Origin: Candidatus Heimdallarchaeota archaeon
Lineage (GTDB): Archaea; Asgardarchaeota; Heimdallarchaeia; Heimdallarchaeales; Kariarchaeaceae
Direction of reading: 5' to 3'
Assembly: GCA_015523565.1 (NCBI GenBank)
Contig: WAKA01000041.1
Coordinates: 1-14,680, forward strand
DNA length: 14,680 nt
Shown: piece by piece, positions 6,546 through 14,610 of the stretch
Numbering within the stretch: the first letter of the stretch is position 1
How the letters are laid out: the number at the start of each line of letters is the position of its first letter
The notes under the pieces: model-generated
Databases searched by the model: none
The model's input: the letters and a program-made list of their open reading frames with translations, nothing else
What the model was told of the DNA's origin: nothing
Translations under genes and position numbers: made by a program

Positions 6546-9500
6546 ATGAACACCAAATCACTAAGAAATGGTAGTTTTATTAACAGGACAGGAGTGTTCA
6601 TTTTACTTTTTTCAATACTAGTGATTTCATCATTCACTCCTGCCTCTGTTATAGCGAATCAAAGGATCAGTTCACAAAGCATTCAACAAAATGTAGCAAC
6701 TGACCTTACTCAGAATCAAAATCAAGAATTGCAAACCACAAAAGGAAGCGCATTTGATTTGATTCCTGAGGACAGCAGATATGATCTGCTCAGAAAACAT
6801 TTGGAAAAAGAAGGTGCACCAATAAATGCAAAGGTTATTTCTCCATTCCTTCTGAATCTTCAAGACAGGGATCTAAATGTTCAGAAGGATGGAACCATGA
6901 AATTGGTTGTTTCATTGGACAATAGAAACAAATACGCAGACGTATATGGGTTGGCTTCCCGTTTTGGCTTTAGTGTGGAAGAAGAAATTCCCAGATTGAA
7001 TGCATTTGTTTTCAAAGGGAAAATTGACGCATTCAACAATTTCCTTCTAAGCAAGGGGTCTCGTTTAGGAGTAGAATACGTTGAACCTGTTGTCTATTAT
7101 CAGTTAGACAATACTGAAAAAAGCCATCCACCTCATCTTATGGGTACACCAAATGACCCCATGTGGAATGATCAATACGGTCCACAAATCATCAGGGCAG
7201 ATAAGGCATGGGGACAGTTCCAAACACCACCTTCGGAACCAGTCATTGTTGCAGTTATTGATACAGGTGTGGATTACAACCATCCAGATCTTCAAAATAT
7301 CTATTTGCCTGGCGGATATGATTGGTACAATGATGATAATGATCCAATGGATGATCATGACCATGGAACCCATGTTGCAGGAATTATTGCTGCAGAGATC
7401 AACAACAGCATAGGTATTGCTGGTGTTGCTGGTTTGGGTTCAGGTTATGTGAAAGTCATGGCAGAAAAATTCCTAAGCTCATGGGGAAGTGGATCAGACA
7501 CTGATGCCGCAAATGCCATCATTCATGCAGTAGATTTTGGAGCAGATATTTTAAGCAATTCATGGGGTGGCGGTCCTTCTGATCTTATTGCAGAAGCGAT
7601 GGCATATGCAGAAGATAATGGAGTAATTGTCATAGCTGCGGCGGGCAATGGTTTTGGTCAAGATGCAGATTTCAACTATCCTGCGGCATTGCCATCAGTT
7701 ATTTCTGTTTCCTCAACAGATGAAAATGACCAATTGTCATACTTTAGCTCATATGGCTATACTGTTGATGTCGCAGCCCCTGGTTCAAGTATTCTTTCAA
7801 CTGTCAGGAATGGAGACTATGAGTTTTTCTCAGGAACATCCATGGCCACACCACACGTATCAGCTACAGCTGCATTGATGTTGCTTAGACAACCTGACTT
7901 GACACCTTTTGAAGTTAGAACCCTCTTGCACGACACTTCTGTTGACCTTGGCGATGAGGGATTTGATGTGAAATTCGGTTATGGTCGTATCGATGTCCTT
8001 AATGCAACAACAGCCGCGGTAAGACCCAACACAGATTTGAGGGCAACAATTTATGTGCCTCAACAACCCACAATTACAAATTCAATAATCAGAGTTACAA
8101 TTGGCCTGTTCAACTTTGGTACATCCACCCAAGATTTGAGTTACAGCATTCTACAAAATGGAAAAGTTGTTGCTTCAGGAACAGAATCAAATATGGCGGG
8201 TGGAACATATCTTAAATATGAACATGAAATGATTGTTGTCAATCCACAGGATGTTGTTCTGCAAGCAATAATCACCCCTGTTGCAGGTGAAACAAACATT
8301 GCAAACAACAATGCCACTCAAGTCCTCTCTTTTGGCAAGCAAACATATTCCATGAAACCAATGCAGTTTGAGTGGGATGATGCAAGGAATGGTGGAAGAA
8401 ATCTCGGATTGGTTGGGGATGATATAGCAGTTGATGTCCCATTGCCTTTCGCCTTTCCGTTCTTTGGAGATTTCAATTTTGACACTGCATTTGCCAGCAC
8501 AAATGGGTACATCTCATTTGTAGACCCAAGTGGATGGAGATATTATCCCGCCATATTTCCAGATGACTATAATCCATTTGTAATAGCACCATTCTGGACA
8601 GACATGATCATGTTTGACTTTGGCGATGGAGGAAACACGACAAATGATGTTCCAGAATTTTGGGTCAAAGAAAGAAATGACTCTGTGATTTTGCAATGGA
8701 CAAATGCAAAGCTTTACTTTGATCCTACTGCAAGAATTACATTCCAAGCGGTATTGTATAAAGATGGAGACATTCAATTCAATTACCTAAATGCAGAAAC
8801 GGAATTCGTTGCAATTGGTGTAAACAAGGGTCTTAGGTCAATGGACTATACCACATATTGGTCACCTTTGGATGGTCCGATTTCTCTGACAAACATGTCA
8901 TTATTGTTTACATCAAAGGAAATGAGTGTAGCCAATGAACTTGGTGTTTCTCTCTATACCTCATTGGATATGACACTTCCAAACAGCAATAATACAATTG
9001 AATTTGGCATTCTCAATTATGGCACAGCAGATGCTACAAATGTGGCATATGATATGGCAATCAATGGAACAAGTGTGATGAATGGAAGTACAGATGTAGA
9101 TGCAGGATTTGGTGAGCCGTTTTCGTATGAGTGGATGCCTACAGTAGAAGGTCATTATGTTTTCAACATTTCTGTTGCCCCATACTTGAATGAAACGGAT
9201 TTACAGAACAACTTCATTGTTTTCGAAGTTGATGTGGTTTCTTCTAACCTCAATGTACCATTTGGAACTCCGATGTATTACCAATTTGATTCAGAGCTTT
9301 TTGGAGGGCTAGAAGAGTGGCCTTTACTAGAAATGCACGTTGAAGAAACTGAAGATCCATTATTTGCAGATCTATGGCTGACATACATAGACCTGTTTAC
9401 TGGAGAAGTATTCATTGAATCCTCATTCCGCTTCAATGTTTTGACCTTTGAACTTGAAGGTGGATGGGGTCAAATGCCATTCATCCTACCAACATTTGCA

Positions 9501-11096
9501 GATGTAGGATACAGCAATGAGTTTGGTGAAATTGTTTCAGACACAACATACGATTTCCAAGGAACTTCATTAACAGGTTGGCTTCTAGAAGATAGTTGGG
9601 GAACCTCTGTAGTTTATGACCAAGAAACAGGTGCAATGCTATCTTACAGGGTACCGTTCTATAATGGAAATGGAACATCTCCAGAAACCGTTGGAGTCAC
9701 CATTATTGCGGCACATGGAGTTCTTGCTACACCATCTGTCAATCAATTCTTAGATGTTTTTGCAATAGATGGACCAGTCAATGCAGAAACACAGATCAAT
9801 GCATTTGTCATGAACACAGGAAGCAGTACAGTTTCTGGTACAACATTGCAATTGAAAGTTGATGGGCAAGATGTTTTCAGTATGGATATTTCTTCATTGG
9901 ACCCTACAAGCTATACCGTGGTATCGGTGAATTATACTGTATCTGAAGGAGTTCATCTTGCAGAAGGATCATTGTCAGCAGCCACTTCAGAAACATATCT
10001 TGAAGACAATGCAGATACAGATACCTTCATTGGAATGGAATTCATTGCTGTTTTCCAAGATGACTATCCCTTCTTCTCATATATGCTTGAAGATGTCATT
10101 ACTTATGGACTAGGAATGGGTGTTAAGTATTTCGGATCTAACGATATTGGAAACGTCAATATAAGTGCATATAAACGAGTGATTATTGCGTCATCCCAAA
10201 CCGCTTCATTCCAAAATAAAGTTTCATCCAATACCCAATGGTTTGAAAACTACGCTGAAAATGGAGGAATTCTTGAAATCCATGCAGCTTCAGATCAAGG
10301 ATATGGAGCAGGACCAGGTTACACATCTCTTCCAGGAGGTGTGAGTGTTGTCAATGCACAAGATGGATATAACCAGATCTCAATTATGGATCCAACTTCA
10401 GACCTGTTTACAACACCCAATTTGATTTCTGATGCCATGTTAAGCAATTGGTATTGGTCTGCATATGGATATTTGTCAATTAATGACCCATTGACAAAAG
10501 TTTATGCAAAAACCACAGACGTCAGTAGTGTTGCACCAGTGATTGCTGCTAAGGCACAAGGAGATGGTTTTATCATATATACCACAATGCCTGTAGAAGC
10601 ATGGTGGGGCAGTTATAGTTTCTTGGAAAATCTCGTCCAATTTGTGCCTAATGATGTCCCAACATCAGGCAATCCACCATCAATTCAAGGAAATGAAAAT
10701 GTGATCATGTATTATGGTCAGTGGGAGACACTCATATACGTAATTTCGAGTGACTTCTATGAAACATATTCAATTACAATTGATGGAGACAAGACAGTCT
10801 ATAACTGGAATGAAAAAGAGAAAACCATCGTTATTTCCACAGAAAATTGGACTGTCGGAGAGCACTCTGTGAAGATTGATGCAACAGATCTTCTGGGTCA
10901 GACTACATCAATGGAAACAACTGTTAAGGTTCTGCCACAGGGTGGAGTAACAGTCACTAAAACAGTAAGTGCCACAACGACACCCACAAATACAAGTGTG
11001 TCAAGTAGTGAAAGCAAAAGTCCATTTAACATGTGGGCAGTTGTATTTGGTCTTGTCTTTATAGCAATCATGCCAATCATCAGAAAGAAGAAATAG
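6546..11096 (+). CDS. Secreted, cell-surface-anchored multidomain S8 (thermitase-like subtilisin) serine protease
   Basis: Signal peptide, I9-like propeptide, then catalytic D239 (VAVIDTG), H273 (HGTHVAG), oxyanion N368 (AAAGN) and S432 (GTSMATPH). These are followed by CARDB-like repeats (N-x-G...E...NN), a NIDO-like domain (LPFAFPFFG...STNGYISF...IAPFWTD), a GATase-like domain, an Ig-like domain, a Thr/Ser linker and a C-terminal SPF-TM-RKKK tail. Confidence 0.95.
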   Translation: MNTKSLRNGSFINRTGVFILLFSILVISSFTPASVIANQRISSQSIQQNVATDLTQNQNQELQTTKGSAFDLIPEDSRYDLLRKHLEKEGAPINAKVISPFLLNLQDRDLNVQKDGTMKLVVSLDNRNKYADVYGLASRFGFSVEEEIPRLNAFVFKGKIDAFNNFLLSKGSRLGVEYVEPVVYYQLDNTEKSHPPHLMGTPNDPMWNDQYGPQIIRADKAWGQFQTPPSEPVIVAVIDTGVDYNHPDLQNIYLPGGYDWYNDDNDPMDDHDHGTHVAGIIAAEINNSIGIAGVAGLGSGYVKVMAEKFLSSWGSGSDTDAANAIIHAVDFGADILSNSWGGGPSDLIAEAMAYAEDNGVIVIAAAGNGFGQDADFNYPAALPSVISVSSTDENDQLSYFSSYGYTVDVAAPGSSILSTVRNGDYEFFSGTSMATPHVSATAALMLLRQPDLTPFEVRTLLHDTSVDLGDEGFDVKFGYGRIDVLNATTAAVRPNTDLRATIYVPQQPTITNSIIRVTIGLFNFGTSTQDLSYSILQNGKVVASGTESNMAGGTYLKYEHEMIVVNPQDVVLQAIITPVAGETNIANNNATQVLSFGKQTYSMKPMQFEWDDARNGGRNLGLVGDDIAVDVPLPFAFPFFGDFNFDTAFASTNGYISFVDPSGWRYYPAIFPDDYNPFVIAPFWTDMIMFDFGDGGNTTNDVPEFWVKERNDSVILQWTNAKLYFDPTARITFQAVLYKDGDIQFNYLNAETEFVAIGVNKGLRSMDYTTYWSPLDGPISLTNMSLLFTSKEMSVANELGVSLYTSLDMTLPNSNNTIEFGILNYGTADATNVAYDMAINGTSVMNGSTDVDAGFGEPFSYEWMPTVEGHYVFNISVAPYLNETDLQNNFIVFEVDVVSSNLNVPFGTPMYYQFDSELFGGLEEWPLLEMHVEETEDPLFADLWLTYIDLFTGEVFIESSFRFNVLTFELEGGWGQMPFILPTFADVGYSNEFGEIVSDTTYDFQGTSLTGWLLEDSWGTSVVYDQETGAMLSYRVPFYNGNGTSPETVGVTIIAAHGVLATPSVNQFLDVFAIDGPVNAETQINAFVMNTGSSTVSGTTLQLKVDGQDVFSMDISSLDPTSYTVVSVNYTVSEGVHLAEGSLSAATSETYLEDNADTDTFIGMEFIAVFQDDYPFFSYMLEDVITYGLGMGVKYFGSNDIGNVNISAYKRVIIASSQTASFQNKVSSNTQWFENYAENGGILEIHAASDQGYGAGPGYTSLPGGVSVVNAQDGYNQISIMDPTSDLFTTPNLISDAMLSNWYWSAYGYLSINDPLTKVYAKTTDVSSVAPVIAAKAQGDGFIIYTTMPVEAWWGSYSFLENLVQFVPNDVPTSGNPPSIQGNENVIMYYGQWETLIYVISSDFYETYSITIDGDKTVYNWNEKEKTIVISTENWTVGEHSVKIDATDLLGQTTSMETTVKVLPQGGVTVTKTVSATTTPTNTSVSSSESKSPFNMWAVVFGLVFIAIMPIIRKKK

Positions 11097-11135
11097 ACAA
11101 AACCCTAAATAATATGGAATTCATTTTTTAACTGT

Positions 11136-11741
11136 TTGAATTATACGGAATTTATTCAAAATCTCAAGACATACATCTCAAACAACCATTTTATACATTC
11201 ACAGAAACCAATAGCATCAGTATTAGTTCCCATTTTTGAAAAAAATGATGAGCCATGGATTTTATTGACAAAAAGGTCTACAAAACTGGAGAAACATTCA
11301 GGACAGGTTTCATTTCCAGGGGGAAAAGTTGACATCACGGATAGGGACGAGATAGATACTGCATTGAGGGAAACAAAGGAGGAACTTAATATTTCAAAAG
11401 GACAAATTGAAATCATAGGGAGGTGGCATGATTTCTGGACACCATATTATAGAGATGTTGCCACAATAATCGGGGAAGTGAAAAATTTAGATGGCATGAC
11501 CCCTTCAGAATCAGAAATTGAAAAGATAATCAGCTTGCCCGTATCTTCTTTTGCAGATCCAAGCATTCATAGGGTTGAGGAAAGATATCATAATGGCATA
11601 ACCTATACAGTCCATTATTTTGAAATTAACGGGGACGTGATTTGGGGAGCCACTGGTGGTGTGATTTTCTTTCTTTTAAGAGACTTAGGGATAATAAAAT
11701 ATGGAAAACAATATTCAGGTCGTAGAAGTGGTCTTACTTAG
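11136..11741 (+). CDS. Nudix hydrolase, CoA pyrophosphatase subfamily (NudL/PCD1/NUDT7-like)
   Basis: ASVLVP, the NuCoA motif LLTKRSTKLEKHSGQVSFPGG, the Nudix box GKVDITDRDEIDTALRETKEELNI, and C-terminal IWGATG. TTG start, with a TATA-like TAAATAATA at 11106-11114. Confidence 0.9.
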   Translation: MNYTEFIQNLKTYISNNHFIHSQKPIASVLVPIFEKNDEPWILLTKRSTKLEKHSGQVSFPGGKVDITDRDEIDTALRETKEELNISKGQIEIIGRWHDFWTPYYRDVATIIGEVKNLDGMTPSESEIEKIISLPVSSFADPSIHRVEERYHNGITYTVHYFEINGDVIWGATGGVIFFLLRDLGIIKYGKQYSGRRSGLT

Positions 11742-12120
11742 TCTTTTCATCCCGAATTTCCTTGAGAACCTTAAGACCATCCATTGCGAGAGGAAAGCCG
11801 ATAAACATTGCCAAATGTAAGAAAAGCTCTGCCAATTGATCATATCCATAACCTTGATTTAGCGCTGCAATCAGGTGTGATTTAAGTTGCGGTTTTAGTC
11901 CTAGGCAGGTTAGAGAAGTAATTGCTACAAGTTCTTTTTCCTTAAGAGACAATCCTTTTCTTGGATATACCGACCCATAGGGGATTTCGATGACGAATTT
12001 TGCAAAAGTTGGATCCAAATTTGTGAGGGCAGATTTTATCTTTTCCCAGTTATGCTTATACAATTCATATCCAATTGTATCTGCTTCAGTTTCCCTGTTG
12101 TCTGGAATGGGCGAATTCAC
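11734..12120 (-). CDS. Carboxymuconolactone decarboxylase (CMD/AhpD-like, PcaC-type) family protein
   Basis: YGSVYPRKGLSLKEKELVAITSL...PQLKSHLIAALNQG...ELFLHLAMFIGFP is the typical CMD pattern. There is no CxxC. GTG start, with an 8-bp convergent overlap with the Nudix gene. Confidence 0.9.
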   Translation of the reverse strand: MNSPIPDNRETEADTIGYELYKHNWEKIKSALTNLDPTFAKFVIEIPYGSVYPRKGLSLKEKELVAITSLTCLGLKPQLKSHLIAALNQGYGYDQLAELFLHLAMFIGFPLAMDGLKVLKEIRDEKTK

Positions 12121-12224
12121 ACGATTTTATCATCCATTGTCCATTTATCAATTCCGTTACATATCAATTTTCATCTAAACATTCACTGGCTATGGTGACT
12201 TATTTTGGAGAACTTATTTGTAGA

Positions 12225-12231
12225 TTTATAA
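12225..12231 (+). promoter_or_regulatory. TATA box for the DinB-family gene
   Basis: TTTATAA lies 24-30 nt upstream of ATG12255, supporting that start over 12075. Confidence 0.55.
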
Positions 12232-12254
12232 GCATTGCATTGAAATATGATTCA

Positions 12255-12746
12255 ATGATTGAGCCCATTGAAAAAAACAAGCTCCATAATAAACTTGTGA
12301 CAACTGGAACAGCCCTTCATTCCTTGTTTTGGGGGAAAAAACCGCAACAGGTGAATATTAAGTCGTCAGACCCAAACATAAAATATTCTGCCTTGGAATA
12401 TTTAATGATCTTGAGATATGCATCCGATTTATTTACTGGAAGGGTGGAGAGGATGTTAAAGGATGAAACAGTTCCAAGCACCCACGATTTTGACCTAGAC
12501 AAGTTTTTGGCAATGGAAGACATTGATGATCAAAGCTTGAAAGCAAATATTGAAGAATTCATGGAATCTCGTGCAAAATTGCTTAGACTTCTGAACCCAC
12601 TTGCAGATGAGGATTGGGATAAATACAAAATCAACCATGAGAAATATGGAGAGCTCACATTAAGGCAACTGTTAACTCTCTTGGCAAATTATGAAGAAGA
12701 ATGGGTAAATAACATTCGTACAATTCTCAAGGAACACAATATGTAA
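12255..12746 (+). CDS. DinB/YfiT-like (DinB_2) four-helix-bundle protein lacking the metal-binding histidines
   Basis: The pattern KYSALEYLMIL...RVERMLKDETVP...FMESRAKLLRLLNPLADEDW...HEKYGELTLRQLL matches DinB_2. The start is moved to ATG12255 (163 aa) because the longer ORF would overlap the divergent CMD gene and its promoter. Confidence 0.8.
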   Translation: MIEPIEKNKLHNKLVTTGTALHSLFWGKKPQQVNIKSSDPNIKYSALEYLMILRYASDLFTGRVERMLKDETVPSTHDFDLDKFLAMEDIDDQSLKANIEEFMESRAKLLRLLNPLADEDWDKYKINHEKYGELTLRQLLTLLANYEEEWVNNIRTILKEHNM

Positions 12747-12748
12747 CC

Positions 12749-14197
12749 CTAATCAACATACTGCTCATAGAAGATTATATTAGATGCAATTGTGAGCAAA
12801 TCTTCAGGAATCCAGTTATTGAGTTCTAGCCATAATGTTCCATTGGCAAGATCAGAGAGCAATTCCTCTATAGTTTCACTTTTTGTCATGACTGAAGGGG
12901 GATCAACACCTGTGCGTCTGTCTGGGGCTCCGAAAATATGGCTTATCTCATGTTGGAACAAGTTATCTGTCCATGCATTGGTAAGCCTGACGCCACTTGC
13001 CTTTAAACTGCCACCTGCATTTGCGGCGATGTTGAATCCACCATTGACAGTACCAATGACCATTCCATAGTTTGACATCGTTTTATTTGTATTGATGAGC
13101 AAAATGTCGGCACCCATGTTATTGCGAGACCTGCCTTGGATGTGCCACCATGTGTTTTGAGGAAGATTGAGCATGGAACCCACCTTTGATTTTGCAAAAT
13201 CAAAAAAATCGGGAAGTGAAGTGGATCCAGAATAATCGGTTTCAATGGTTAAAGCAACTTTGAAGGTCATATTGAACCATTTCTCAAAGTAAATGTTGAC
13301 AATTTTAAGGATTTCAGAAACTGGAGGAAAAGTATCTTCCCAATGATCATTCATTACAGTAACTAAAATGACCTTTTTGCGATTAAGAAGCATGAAATAA
13401 AATGTCAGTTCAGATTGTGAGGAATTGAATACCAGAGTGACATTTATCATACTTGACAAATCTGCAAGATTTAGTGATATTTCGCTATTATTGATCTTGT
13501 AAGTCCTTTTGTTTATGAATAAAGTTCCATTGAAACCTGAAGAGGCATTTATGTTGAAAAGATAAGAAGACGCCGCATTGACTTGGGTTTCAAGCAATCC
13601 GTAATTAAAGGAATTATTAGTAACGACTGTAACTTTTCCATGCATAGCTGAAGAGATGGATCCAGAGGCATTATGAAGTATCCAAGTGGAGGAGGAAAAC
13701 ATGTTGACTGCAGAATACTTTTCGACATGAATAATCTGGTCAAGAATCATTGTTTTTTCAAAAGTCTGGTTGTCAACAGAAAAGGTATAGTTTAAGTTGT
13801 GAAGTTTATATGCTCCATCAGAAAGAGCAAAAAACATGTCAGAGGTAGTTTGCCAAAAGCCAGGCAAGAAATCGAATTGCAGTTTGTAATAACCGGGAGA
13901 ATAAGATTGATTGAGGAAAATATATTGATGGGAAATTCTTTCATTCTTTGAAGCTTCCAACTTAACGCCAACAAGGGTTGCATTGTAAACAGAGACATTT
14001 AGGGTGACAATCATAGTGAGATTCTCCCCTCTGAAGAGAGTATCATTAAAATTGACGTTTTCTATTTCCAATGTCTTTTCTTTTGGAAATTGGGGAGCTT
14101 GCTTTGGGATACGGTAAAGATACAAGGCAACCCCCAGAATTGAAACAAGAATGATTAAGGAAATTGAAACGACAGACATTAACTGTTTTGAGTTCAT
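12749..14197 (-). CDS. Membrane-anchored zinc metalloprotease, metzincin clan (reprolysin/M12-like), with N-terminal beta-rich extracellular domains
   Basis: N-terminal signal-anchor VVSISLIILVSILGVALYLY, zinc motif HEISHIFGAPD (HExxHxxGxxD, aa 416-426, nt 12952-12920), Met-turn PSVM (M437) and 17 N-x-S/T sequons. A TATA-like TTTAAG lies at 14226-14221. Confidence 0.8.
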   Translation of the reverse strand: MNSKQLMSVVSISLIILVSILGVALYLYRIPKQAPQFPKEKTLEIENVNFNDTLFRGENLTMIVTLNVSVYNATLVGVKLEASKNERISHQYIFLNQSYSPGYYKLQFDFLPGFWQTTSDMFFALSDGAYKLHNLNYTFSVDNQTFEKTMILDQIIHVEKYSAVNMFSSSTWILHNASGSISSAMHGKVTVVTNNSFNYGLLETQVNAASSYLFNINASSGFNGTLFINKRTYKINNSEISLNLADLSSMINVTLVFNSSQSELTFYFMLLNRKKVILVTVMNDHWEDTFPPVSEILKIVNIYFEKWFNMTFKVALTIETDYSGSTSLPDFFDFAKSKVGSMLNLPQNTWWHIQGRSRNNMGADILLINTNKTMSNYGMVIGTVNGGFNIAANAGGSLKASGVRLTNAWTDNLFQHEISHIFGAPDRRTGVDPPSVMTKSETIEELLSDLANGTLWLELNNWIPEDLLTIASNIIFYEQYVD

Positions 14198-14238
14198 TCA
14201 ACGGATATTGGAATTATTCACTTAAATTATTAGTCGCA

Positions 14239-14598
14239 TTAGTTTGAAATTTCGTCAGGATCAATTTCAATCAATTTCTTGAAGACGTCAACAAATGCAG
14301 GTTTTGGATAGGCGCCGACAAAGCGACCGACAGGTTTTCCATTTTTGAAAGCCCAGAATGTTGGAATACTAGTTGCACCATATTTCATTGCCGTTTGTGG
14401 ATTCTCATCAACATTCAGTTTGCCAACCCATACTTTCCCCTTGTATTCCTCAGCCAGTTCTTCCAATATTGGAGCAACCATCCTGCAAGGTCCACACCAT
14501 GCCGCCCAAAAGTCAACCAAAATAATGGGTGCTTTTTGGATCATTTCATCAAAGTTCTCATCAGTGAGTTTTATTGGTTTTCCTGTTTCTTCAAGCAT
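14239..14598 (-). CDS. trxA: Thioredoxin
   Basis: LVDFWAAWCGPCRMVAPILEELA, KLNVDEN and cis-Pro motif SIPT. Confidence 0.97.
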   Translation of the reverse strand: MLEETGKPIKLTDENFDEMIQKAPIILVDFWAAWCGPCRMVAPILEELAEEYKGKVWVGKLNVDENPQTAMKYGATSIPTFWAFKNGKPVGRFVGAYPKPAFVDVFKKLIEIDPDEISN

Positions 14599-14604
14599 AA
14601 TCCT

Positions 14605-14610
14605 TCACCT
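14605..14610 (-). promoter_or_regulatory. Archaeal-type Shine-Dalgarno site of thioredoxin
   Basis: Minus strand reads AGGTGA-AGGATT-ATG. A TATA-like TTATTAATAA lies at 14649-14658. Confidence 0.6.

Noticed and set aside
6546-11096. S8 protease as part of a defence system (IetAS-like or CRISPR-associated) or as a true site-1 protease orthologue
   Set aside because: It is secreted and surface-anchored with no partner AAA+ ATPase or cas genes. The catalytic domain looks thermitase-like, and orthology cannot be shown without a phylogeny.
12075-12254. 60-aa N-terminal extension of the DinB ORF
   Set aside because: It overlaps the divergent CMD gene start, and a TATA box at 12225 supports ATG12255.
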